A stretch of 64,000 nucleotides of DNA, from NCBI GenBank assembly GCA_000004985.1, contig GG738877.1; one strand, given 5' to 3'. The stretch's first letter is position 1, and each line of letters begins with the position of its first letter. This document shows, one piece after another, positions 19,841 to 29,679 of the stretch. A program made the position numbers and the translations under genes. The stretch is from Naegleria gruberi. Taxonomy: Eukaryota. The notes beneath the pieces are model-generated. The model made no database searches. It was not told where the DNA came from and was given only the letters and a program-made list of their open reading frames with translations.

Positions 19841-20188
19841 AATTGTTTTTATGTTTGCCCAAACCAATATTGACAAGACCAAAGTCATCTCTCTTTCATA
19901 TTTGGCTTTTTTAATCAATTTTTCTATTCAATAGAAAAAAAAATCAAAGAACCTTTTATTTACGAAGTTCCTTCTTGTTCGTGCATTTTACTTTTTCTTT
20001 AGGCTGTTGTAGTTTCATCATAAAATCCTCATCATCATCGCCTCGGCAAAGAAAACTATTAGAATAGATTCGGAATGATATCGTTTACTCCTACAGGTAT
20101 TTTGGGTAGGTTCTTCTACTAGTATTATCATCATCATCATTGTTTTCATCATCAATAATTATTATTATTTTTGCATACTATTCGAAAT

Positions 20189-22249
20189 ATGATATTAATT
20201 TATAATAATACTATAATGATGATCATAATAATAATAATAATAATAGGATTGAAGGATCTGGGTGCCCGAATAGAGAAAGATGCCAAATCACCTGGATTTC
20301 TATCACCTCGAGGAATGGCAAGTCCAGCCACTGATGTTTCGCCCAAAACGCCAAGACGAGGTACCATTCTACAACAAAATGAAAATGGAGAACCTATTCG
20401 AATGTTTGAAGTGGATGATTATGAATTACAATTTGTGGAAATGATGGAAGTTCCAGAGAGTAGAGATTTATTTCTCACCCATTTACAATCTTTTTCAATT
20501 CCTGAAGTTATTTCATTCCTAAAGGATATGTGGAAATATAAAGAAAAGAGGAAGAATATTTACAATGGAACAACTATGAAAATTGAACATTCAACAAGTG
20601 TAGAAAATTTACAAAGTAGTTTTGCATCAACGTTTTCATTACAGAGAAAAACAGTTACTGAATTACACAAATTAGCTCAAGATATGATTGGATTGTATAT
20701 TGAAAATGATGCTCGTCTTCAACTTAATATTTCATCAGAGGTGTCATCCTTGTTATTGAAAAGATGGGGAGCTATCAATCATATTAAGAATACAGTGGAA
20801 GTTAAACAGTCATCATTTGCCAAGAGTGCAAAATCGTTTTTTAATAGTGAAAGCAATGAAAGTGACATGTTTTCAATTGATCTGGATACCATTAAACTTC
20901 CTAGTACAACAACTACTACAATGGCAAGTTCGGTTGGAACTTCATACACATCAAGTAATAACAATCCACTTACAAACACCATCGTTGCCGGTTCACTTGA
21001 TATGGATACGATTTTGGACGAAACAGTGACAGATAAAATGGAGAGATCCTCCTCTGTACACAGTATGAGCACGCCCAATTTAGATGAAGATTCTGGGTTT
21101 TTTGTCAAGTGTTTGGCACATGCACTCCCGAATCAAATTCAAGAAACTGTATTGAAATTATGTCAATTGTTTGACAGTGTAGAATTTTATGTATATAATG
21201 ATCTAGCTTTGGAGCACTTTCCAAAGTTTAAAAAGAGTAAGGAAGTGAAAAATTTTCTTCTTCAGAAAGGAGAAGAATTCACAAAGAAAATCTCAATCAA
21301 CATGAAACTAGGTTATGAACTAGATATCAGATATAAGGCAAAGGATTTCGTAAATCCATTGATTACCGATAAGGATATTTACTTTACAATCATGCTCTGC
21401 ACAGATGCCTATAAGAGTGAATGGCAATTATTAGGTGAAAAGGTAATTGAAGAAAAATATCTGAAAACTTCCTATCAGGCATACATTTCCAATCAAAAGT
21501 TTTTACTTGGTGAGGAAAATTCAAATTCCAATATGAAATTGGCCAAGATTGACATTCAATTACCATTTCCTGTCGATGAAGCATACAAAGTGGCACTGGA
21601 TAGAAAGTAAGTTTTCCCTGAAATTATTTCATTAATCCCCAATAGAGCTAAATTGAAATGTGACCCAATCACTCTTGGTGATTTTGATACATACAAGGTT
21701 GATGATTTGGATGTGAAACGACCACTATCTATTGCCTTCTCTAGTGAAAGTTATAACATTGGAAAATTGTACAAGACAAGAGAGGCAACCTTTGTTCAGA
21801 CTCTTGTTTTTGATAGAAAAACCAATTGCTATATCAATATTGCCAAGACGGCTGAATTTGAGGAAAAGAAAAAGTCCAAAGATAAGATACCAGTTGACTT
21901 ACTCTATGCCTACATGTTTAAGCATAGTGGACCAAACAAGTGCACTCTGACCTATATTTATTTTGGAGATTTAAAACTCTCACTGGATACAGATATGTTT
22001 TTCAAACGATTTATCAAGGATAGAGCCAAAGCATTGAGCAAGGGATTCTCCAAGATACTAGCCGAAAGAACCAGTTACGGAAATCACTCATGGAATGAGA
22101 GTGTTGATGATGTTTTCTGTCTGCAGGAATGCTTAGAAAAGAATATGAAAGCCTATCCACAAAGATCATGGTTCGACGAGTATAATGCCTACCTGGAAAG
22201 AAGCAAGACAATGGAAAGAGCCAATTCCAAACAAAATTTGAATAATTAA
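20189..22249 (+). CDS. RGS-domain protein (regulator of G-protein signalling), two exons joined by a 39-nt micro-intron
   Basis: ORFs 20171..21610 and 21653..22249 are in different frames. The sequence GATAGAAA|GTAAGTTTTCCC...CCCCAATAG|AGCTAAATTG gives an intron at 21607..21645 that joins them in frame (...VALDRK|AKLKCDPITLG...). RGS signatures are FVEMMEVPESRDLFLTHLQSFSIPEVISFLKDMWKYKEK and FDSVEFYVYNDLALEHFPKFKKSKEVKNFL. The start is uncertain: the ORF-track M at 20171 is TTG, and in-frame ATGs lie at 20189 and 20315. Confidence 0.65.
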
Positions 22250-22435
22250 TTGGAAAATAAGAATTCTTTGAAAGAAAATCTAACTTGGACTAACTGAAGA
22301 ATAATTGCTCTCACTTTGTTAATTACCAAATGTATATTTGGCACACAAACACACCACAAGCACATTCAATAAACAAACAATACGTCATCAATCAAAAACT
22401 GAATTCCAATCACAAAAGAAGAATTAAAAAAAAAA

Positions 22436-23308
22436 ATGACTGAATCATCACTGCAACACCAACTTTACCAACATTGCATTAAAAATCTTGATCGGGAATG
22501 TGCACCACTAATAACCATCGAATCATGTGGAGAGTATTTAAAATTTTTCCAAAACAATTGTGATACTGCCTATCTATTCCTAGTGACTTATCCTTCCGAA
22601 ATTGCCACAAAAACAGGAATGAAATTTTATTTGGCAAAGAGAATTCTTGAGGATGCCTCGTTGAACTTGATTGTTTGTCAAGGGAGAGTGGATTTATTGT
22701 TAAAATTAATGCATGAAACTGGATTGAATTATGAATTTTCCTATCAGTGTCTATTGGAATTTAAATGGAATTTTCCTGAAGCAAAAGCCAAAGTTGTGAA
22801 AATGAAGAATAATGGTGAGATACCACCTCGAGGTTTTCTCAATTATCAACCACCACAACAGGCAATCAATGTTTCAGTACCAAATAGTTCAGTACAAGTG
22901 CCAACAATGATCAGTCAACAACCTAATATTCCACACCAACAAGCCATTAATCCACAATCCCCTCCTCAGTTTGTGCAAATAATTCAATCCAATACCTCAC
23001 CTTTTCAAAGTGTAAAGCAAGAAACAAATGAAAGAACTTTCACTTCAAATACAAGCTTACACACTTTGGATGTTAAAAGTGAAGCTGAGAGTTCTACACA
23101 ATCCACAACTTCAAAGCAATGCCAATATCCTGGCTGTACAAATGAAATTGAAAAGAGTAGAAAGAAATACTGTGCTGAACATGGTGCTAAACCATTAAAA
23201 AAGGAAAGTATGAGTGTGGACTTTGTAAAATGTCAACACGCTGGTTGCACCAATCCAATAGCCAAGTATAGAAAAAAATATTGTGAACTACATGGAAATA
23301 AAAAATAA
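22436..23308 (+). CDS. Protein with a tandem C-x3-GC-x9/10-KYC-x2-HG zinc-binding motif (WRC-like) at the C-terminus
   Basis: The start is ATG at 22436. The C-terminus carries CQYPGCTNEIEKSRKKYCAEHG and CQHAGCTNPIAKYRKKYCELHG, which reads as a duplicated C3H-type module. The N-terminal 140 aa are globular and the middle is Q/P/S-rich. I am not sure of the family. Confidence 0.55.
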   Translation: MTESSLQHQLYQHCIKNLDRECAPLITIESCGEYLKFFQNNCDTAYLFLVTYPSEIATKTGMKFYLAKRILEDASLNLIVCQGRVDLLLKLMHETGLNYEFSYQCLLEFKWNFPEAKAKVVKMKNNGEIPPRGFLNYQPPQQAINVSVPNSSVQVPTMISQQPNIPHQQAINPQSPPQFVQIIQSNTSPFQSVKQETNERTFTSNTSLHTLDVKSEAESSTQSTTSKQCQYPGCTNEIEKSRKKYCAEHGAKPLKKESMSVDFVKCQHAGCTNPIAKYRKKYCELHGNKK

Positions 23309-23348
23309 TTTTATTATCCTTACATCTAAATAATATATAGAAACAAAC

Positions 23349-25619
23349 CTATCTTCTAATATCGTCCATTTCTCCGCTACTGTTAGAAATATTGTCAGAA
23401 TGTCTATAAGCACCTGCTTCTCTTGGCATATACGGATCTCTTCCATTGAGCATTCCTTGATGGTGGTGGTGATGCATCATCATGTAAGGTTGATCATAAT
23501 AGGGAGGTATTGGAGGTGGATAGAAAGATGATGTTGATGGCATTGGTTGACCAGGTAATGGTTGCATATATCTTTCATCAATATGTGGTTGGTGATGGTG
23601 ATGTAAAGGATGACCAGTAGGATACATAGAAATGTGTGAAGAAGGAACATCAACAGGACCAAAGAAACCATTAGGTTGCATTGGTCCATTAGTTGGAGAA
23701 TGATCATAGTATGGTTGCATTCCTCTTCTTGATGTTCCTGATTTATCATACGGAGTATATCTGTAACTTGGTGGCGTATGACCAGACTTTCTAGAACCGT
23801 TGTTGGATGGAACTATTGGTTGGCTATTAGGAATTGGTGCTTGTCTGGTTGATGTTTCTGTTGGAGGCATACCTCTATGAGGAGGAACTCTTCTTGTCAT
23901 GTCCATTTCACGTTCTCTTTGTTTTGTGAAACTGAAACTTCCTTTTGGCATGGCTCTTCTAACATCATGAGCAGCAAATTCCTTACATAAAACTCCAGAA
24001 TGGAAATCATCCAAAACTTTGGTGGCACTATCTTCACTTGTATAGGTAATAAAAGCAAATGGTGTTCTTCTATTGAGAATTAATTGCAAGTCCTCAATAG
24101 TACCATGTTTGGAGAAGTAGTCATGAACAGCCTGTTTAGTAACTTGAGGTTGTAAACCACCAACAAAAATTCTGCGCTTCTTATCAAAAGAAGAAATGGT
24201 ATCCTTCTTAATAGTTGGTGAATTGTTGGAAGAGGCTGATGAGCTATTACCAGACCTTGATAAGTCTGTGGAGCTGGCTCCATAAATCATGTCAGATTGT
24301 GTATCTGAGTTGTGAATATTGTTAGTGAATAATCTTTCATCATCAACCATTCTTGAGGAAGAAGAAATGGTTGAGGCGTGTGTTGGTATATCAACACTAT
24401 CAATTTTACATCCTTGAGATTGGGCAACTTGGCAATCAATTCTGTGGTTTCCAATCATGAATGGATGTTCTTTATGGTATGATAGAACCTTCTTGGCAAT
24501 ACTTTCATCAGAGAAGGTAACAAAGCCAAATCCTCTCGATCTGCCATCCCACTTTTTCATAATGACACAGTGTGAAATTGGTCCATAGTTATTTGGTGAA
24601 CGAGAGAAGAAATCAATGAGCTCTTGTTCTGATGTAGTTTCCTTCAGCCCTCCAACGAAAATTCTTCTGTTAATAAACGAAGGATTATCTGGAGCATCAC
24701 GAGACAAAAGATTACAACCACTACTTGGGCTGTCAGCAAAGTCTTGCATCATATTGGAGGAGGATGAGGAAGAATTAGAAAGGGAGGATGGTGTCATTAG
24801 ATTGGTTGGTGTGTTACTATTGCTACCACCACCATTGCTTGAGGTGTTGCTTGGTATGCGAATTCTTGGAAGACGAGGCAAAACAGTGTTGGAGGTAATT
24901 TGCTTAACAGAGTCAGTTGAAAGTTCTGTTGGGGAAGAGCTACCCTTCTTTCCATTGGAAGTATTGACCTCGCCATGATGTTTACTGTTATTTACTGTTT
25001 GGTGGTGCGATGGTGTGGAAGAAGAAGAGGAACGGGTAGATTGTTGGACATTGGAAACAGATGAGCTATTACCAGAAGACAAAGGCTGTGCAGTAGAAGA
25101 TGTATTGGCAACAATAGTGGACGAACGAATATTGGACGTTGAAGTAGTTACAACAGAGAGAATATTTCTGAAAGAGTCTGTTGCACCTGGTGGTGGTGTT
25201 TGTTGATCGTCCTTCTTGAAAGCTACTTGTTGTTGGGAAGAAGTAGCACAAGAGGTGGTAGTTGCTGCACTCAAGTGGGTTGGAGAAATATCATTTGAAT
25301 GTTTAGCGTTCATCCTCTTGAATTGATGGTAAAAGTGAAGAGGGTCGTTCACAAGTATTGACTTGTCGATAACTGTTGGTGAGTTATCATTGTTGGAGGA
25401 GGAAACAGAGGTGGAGTTTGTAGTAGTAGCGACTGTTGAGAGCGCAGAACTAGTTGGTGAGTGGAGAGAGGAGGAAGAATTGGAATGTGTGAATGTAGCA
25501 GCATCATGAGCAACAACAGTTGATGGTTGGGAATGGCCTAGAGGAGGTGTATTGGTAGTGGTATTATTTGGTTTTGTACAATTGTGAATGAGAGAATAGT
25601 GGGAGGAGAGTTTTTTCAT
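23349..25619 (-). CDS. Tandem-RRM RNA-binding protein (Musashi/hnRNP-A/B-like) with Ser/Thr-rich N-terminus and Pro/His/Tyr-rich C-terminus
   Basis: Two RRMs carry the RNP-1/RNP-2 motifs: RRIFVGGLKETTSEQELIDFF...RSRGFGFVTFSDESIAKKVL and RRIFVGGLQPQVTKQAVHDYFSKHGTIEDLQL...FAFITYTSEDSATKVL. The ORF-track start at 25721 is TTG, and the first in-frame ATG is 25619 (MKKLSSHYSL...). Long low-complexity tracts lie on either side. Confidence 0.75.
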   Translation of the reverse strand: MKKLSSHYSLIHNCTKPNNTTTNTPPLGHSQPSTVVAHDAATFTHSNSSSSLHSPTSSALSTVATTTNSTSVSSSNNDNSPTVIDKSILVNDPLHFYHQFKRMNAKHSNDISPTHLSAATTTSCATSSQQQVAFKKDDQQTPPPGATDSFRNILSVVTTSTSNIRSSTIVANTSSTAQPLSSGNSSSVSNVQQSTRSSSSSTPSHHQTVNNSKHHGEVNTSNGKKGSSSPTELSTDSVKQITSNTVLPRLPRIRIPSNTSSNGGGSNSNTPTNLMTPSSLSNSSSSSSNMMQDFADSPSSGCNLLSRDAPDNPSFINRRIFVGGLKETTSEQELIDFFSRSPNNYGPISHCVIMKKWDGRSRGFGFVTFSDESIAKKVLSYHKEHPFMIGNHRIDCQVAQSQGCKIDSVDIPTHASTISSSSRMVDDERLFTNNIHNSDTQSDMIYGASSTDLSRSGNSSSASSNNSPTIKKDTISSFDKKRRIFVGGLQPQVTKQAVHDYFSKHGTIEDLQLILNRRTPFAFITYTSEDSATKVLDDFHSGVLCKEFAAHDVRRAMPKGSFSFTKQREREMDMTRRVPPHRGMPPTETSTRQAPIPNSQPIVPSNNGSRKSGHTPPSYRYTPYDKSGTSRRGMQPYYDHSPTNGPMQPNGFFGPVDVPSSHISMYPTGHPLHHHHQPHIDERYMQPLPGQPMPSTSSFYPPPIPPYYDQPYMMMHHHHHQGMLNGRDPYMPREAGAYRHSDNISNSSGEMDDIRR

Positions 25620-26519
25620 TGTGGTGGTGGTAAATGTGTTAAAAGGAAAGTGTTGAGAGCAATATAAAAATCTATCAATGTGAAATTTCACAGTAGTGGA
25701 GGTTGGATTATAGTAGTGCAAATATATAATTTAGCAGCTATCTAGCAAGAGGTGAATGGTGAGTGGAAAGAGGCGTATCTAATCAATAGAAAGAGAAAAT
25801 GGAGGAAAATAACGTTGTTTACACAAGTCAAGATTCAATATATGATTTTACAAAAATTACTATTAAGCTGATGATGAATAGTCCTTTGATGATTATTCAA
25901 TAATCTACACTACAAGTAGGTTATTACAGATGATTAATTCGCACTTGTTACTATTACTACTCTACTAGTATTATGAGTGATAAACAATGACGAACAAACG
26001 ACAACCAACAACAACAACAATATGAAACAAAAACAGCAGCAACAATCTAGAAGCGCGTTTCTACGAACAACAAAAATGTTTCAGCAGCAAGCAGCGGCGG
26101 TGATGATGATGATGGTGTTGTACAGCAGGACCAAGAGTGTCGTCGTACACGCGAATGTTGGTGATGGTTGGTGGTTTGTTGATATTTTTTTGTGTGATGA
26201 TGAAATGAATTTATTCGGGCTTGGGTTTTTTGTGAGGGTGTTGTTGGAGAGTTGTTTGTTGAGGCGGTCGTTGTCGTTGTACACAACCACAAGAACTGGA
26301 AGGGTAAATGTGTGGTGTTCTTTCTTTTGAGTTGTTGTGGTTTTGGACTTATTGGGGTGTTGAGGAAAATGTAGTGGTAAGTGGTTCAAATATAAATTGT
26401 TTTTTATTGATAATTATATGTAATTTCCAATGGGTTGTTCAGGAAAAAAAAGAGGTTCCTTAGGCATGTAAAGAGGTAAAGAGCCTTAATATGAAAAGAA
26501 TAACAAAGAATTAAAAGAA

Positions 26520-26591
26520 GGGGACCAGTGGGAATCGAACCCACGGCCTCTCGCACCCAAAGCGAGAATCATACCACTAGACCATGGTCCC
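26520..26591 (-). tRNA. tRNA-Pro(UGG): tRNA-Pro (anticodon UGG)
   Basis: The reverse complement is GGGACCATGGTCTAGTGGTATGATTCTCGCTTTGGGTGCGAGAGGCCGTGGGTTCGATTCCCACTGGTCCC+C. The anticodon stem CTCGC/GCGAG with loop TTTGGGT gives TGG. It matches canonical eukaryotic tRNA-Pro (TATGATTCTCGCTTTGGGTGCGAGAGG). Confidence 0.92.
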
Positions 26592-26804
26592 TTACATGAA
26601 AATCAATCATATTGAAAATTGTTGCCTGTAGTTTGGTTGTGTAATCTGTTTCCATTTAAGGGATATGTTTCTACCACTTGCTGTAGAGACCCTTATATAT
26701 ATTCAATTTCTGTAACTTTGAAATTTTGTCATCTTTGAACTTTGAACATTAACATCTACCAATCATCCAAGTCAACCACTAGATTTGATTCAAATTAAAA
26801 AAAA

Positions 26805-28035
26805 ATGATCATTCCTCCACCTCCTTTCCAAGTGCCACCTCCACCAATTAACATTTCACCCAGCACTACTTCTTCCTCAACCACCACAACACCTCTTCCG
26901 CCACCACCTCCTCCTCAACTTCCTTCTTCATCCATTGCTGATCAACGAAAGAAAAAGAAGAGATTTAAATTAGTTCCACCTAGTGATAATCAGGTGCCAC
27001 TTTCTAATCCTTCCATTCCTAAACCTCCATTGCATAGTTGTGCCAATAATGTTTTACTAGTCCAACTTTAGTTTCGTTTGGTGGATCAAGTTTCGAATTG
27101 GGATATCAAAAGACTTTGTTAATGCTTGATTTGGATCCTGCCACAAAGTATTCACAAGATGGAGGATTAGACACTAGTTTTGAATTTGATTGGAAACCAA
27201 TTCAAACAGAGAATAATCAAGTGTTTGATGAAAGTAATTTTACTTGCATGTTTGGGAATATAATCTATTCGAAACGTAATCAAGCAATTTATGTATTTGG
27301 GAGAGGATGGTCTAAACCATGGATCGCTGAATTGAGCTTGAAAACACTCAAATGGAAAAAGAAAGATGTCTCAATTAATCATGTCTTTCCATCTGTGAAA
27401 TATGCAGTTTCCCAAGACAGTGAAAACTTTTTATTATGTATGGAAGGTGATTATTACAATAATCCACCAAAATTATCCATGTTCAAGTTTAGTGAGCTGG
27501 AAAGGATTTTCTCAAAGCAGGAGAAGGAGGAATTACTATTAGGAGATAGATCCTGTTTCACTTTGAATGGCAATTTTCAAGCAAGAATGACAGCTCCATT
27601 GTCAAATGAAAACAAGACAGTTATTTTTGGTTGATTTTGGATTTTAACTCGGAGAAAATTATATCTAACTGCCCTTATATTGGTGAACCAGTATATCCAT
27701 GTGCTACTGAGTTGATGAATGATTCAAACTCAAAGTGTGTTCTCATTTCGAGTGGAGATAAGTATTTCAACTTTAATGTGGATAAGAGAACACCAAAATC
27801 ATTGAGATATTCCAAATCAGCTATTGAAATGAATTACCACAAGTTGTTTGTTCCATATTTGGCATATTTCAAAACAAGAAGAGGTGAAAATCAAGTAGTT
27901 CACATTATTAATAATGATATTCTCTTAATTTTGAAATTGGATAACATTGTTCCGACCTATGCATTCAATAACAAGTTGACAGAAGCTCATTTTAGTGATG
28001 TCATTGTCGAATGTAATGCCACCACCAATCACTAA
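26805..28035 (+). CDS. Proline-rich N-terminus plus beta-propeller-like protein, broken into three ORFs (26805..27071, 27098..27634, 27631..28035); interrupted gene or pseudogene
   Basis: The first ORF has a true ATG (26805) after an A-run and encodes PPPPFQVPPPP...PLPPPPPPQLP. A 62-nt GTTTTA...CAAAAG intron (27051..27112) could join the first and second ORFs, but the donor is weak. The second and third ORFs overlap at GGTTGATTTTGG (stop TGA at 27632-34, TTG start at 27631) with a frame change and no convincing intron. Later residues (YVFGRGW, LSMFKF) look kelch-like. Confidence 0.4.
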
Positions 28036-28094
28036 TCAAAACAATTACCTTAACTCTTTTTAAAAGAAAATGAATTTCAGTAAATCTTTTATTT

Positions 28095-29336
28095 CTAGAA
28101 ATACATTCCTGATTTGCAATTATTCTGATGAATAGTCTTCATCACGGTAATCGATTGATCTGAGCTATTTTCACACTTGGTGCACAAATTGACCATTCTG
28201 CAAAATTTACATTTAGCACAATTTTCAACAATTTCATTACACAAGAGACATTCATCATGAGCTTGATTCTTTCTATCATCAGTAAAGAAACTGTCATATT
28301 CACTCCTTTTTTCAATGACAACTTTCAATAATTCTTGAATGTCTGAATTGACAACAATTTCTCTTGCTTTTGGAAAAACTTGAAGTCCTTGAAAATAACC
28401 TTCAGCATTAGGATGACGGAAATAGAATAAATTCTGTCTCCAATACTCTCCCATTCTATATTTGAAATTATAGAATGGATCCTTCTTAATACTTTCAAAT
28501 TTTGTAAAGTATTGAGTGAGTTTTCCCTTCATCTCACCAGAACTGCAGACCTCATGAGGTTTCCTACCTGAGAATGATGAAGCATGAGTTGGGTCGGCTC
28601 TCATTTCCATCAAATATTCAACAATCTCAGGAAATCCTGAATAGGCAGCATAGTACAATGGAGAGGCACTTCTGTAATTTTGCATATCAATGAAAATCTT
28701 CTTTTCTTCCAATAGATACTTGACCATTTCAAAATTTCCACTTCTGGATGCATAATGTAAGAAGGATTCTCCATGATGATCACAAACTAAACTGATATCC
28801 TCATTGAATGTATCGAGAATTTCCCTCACTTGGGCATTATCCTTTTCTTCCAGTAATTGAAAAACTTTCATAAATTTCTCATGATTTTCTTTACCAATTT
28901 GTGCTTTTTCTTTAAATTCTCTAAATATTTCAACATTCTTTGTAAGAATTGAAGAATCTGTCGAGTTGCCCATTAACAACAATTCTGCCTTTTCACAATT
29001 TTCAATCACTTTTGAGTACTCGTTAACTCTGATAGCTGCTCTAACTAATCTCAATAGTGACTTGACATTTTCTTTATCAATTTCCAATGAATTTTGTGCA
29101 TCTGGAACAGCATTATAAAAACTACCCATCAAATAATAAACATGTGATCGATTATTATACAGATCAACTAGAATCTTATTCTTTTGATCTGAATCAACTT
29201 GTGTTGCTTTCTTGAGTGTTTTTAAACCTTTGGTGTAGAGGGAAATGACTTGTGGGAGATTGGTGCCGATTTTCAAGAGTTGATTTCCTTCTTCTTTGAA
29301 TTCGAGAGCTGTTTGAAGCGCATTTGATGTTGACAT
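28095..29336 (-). CDS. TPR - ankyrin-repeat - MYND zinc-finger protein
   Basis: The start is ATG at 29336. N-terminal TPRs (ALEFKEEGNQLLK..., LYNNRSHVYYLMGSFYNAV...) are followed by ankyrin repeats (GESFLHYASRSGNFEMVKYLLEE...SPLYYAAYSGFPEIVEYLME). The C-terminus CLLCNEIVENCAKCKFCRMVNLCTKCE...H...C has the zf-MYND pattern. Confidence 0.7.
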   Translation of the reverse strand: MSTSNALQTALEFKEEGNQLLKIGTNLPQVISLYTKGLKTLKKATQVDSDQKNKILVDLYNNRSHVYYLMGSFYNAVPDAQNSLEIDKENVKSLLRLVRAAIRVNEYSKVIENCEKAELLLMGNSTDSSILTKNVEIFREFKEKAQIGKENHEKFMKVFQLLEEKDNAQVREILDTFNEDISLVCDHHGESFLHYASRSGNFEMVKYLLEEKKIFIDMQNYRSASPLYYAAYSGFPEIVEYLMEMRADPTHASSFSGRKPHEVCSSGEMKGKLTQYFTKFESIKKDPFYNFKYRMGEYWRQNLFYFRHPNAEGYFQGLQVFPKAREIVVNSDIQELLKVVIEKRSEYDSFFTDDRKNQAHDECLLCNEIVENCAKCKFCRMVNLCTKCENSSDQSITVMKTIHQNNCKSGMYF

Positions 29337-29488
29337 TTTTTTTTAATTGTAAGATATTTAAAATTTTGTAATATTATTATGATTCCGATGTTGTAATAAA
29401 TGGAGTCTGTCTTACAAATAGAAATTGCAATGGTAGACTGCAATTCTGAACTTTAAGTAGACAAGAGTCAAATTTGATAAAAAATGAG

Positions 29489-29558
29489 TGGAGATGCGGG
29501 GTATCGATCCCCGTACCTCTTCCATGCTAAAGAAGCGCTCTATGTGAGCTACATCCCC
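29489..29558 (-). tRNA. tRNA-Ala(AGC): tRNA-Ala (anticodon AGC)
   Basis: The reverse complement is GGGGATGTAGCTCACATAGAGCGCTTCTTTAGCATGGAAGAGGTACGGGGATCGATACCCCGCATCTCC+A. The anticodon loop TTAGCAT gives AGC. The acceptor stem carries the G3:U70 pair that is the alanine identity element. Confidence 0.9.
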
Positions 29559-29679
29559 TTACATTCATAGTGAAACCTAATTATGTTTTATTAGTTTCCA
29601 ACAATGTTAGGGAACTATGCAAAGACTAAAACTCCATTGTTCCAGTTTAGTCAAACCATAAAAAAATATTCACACAACA

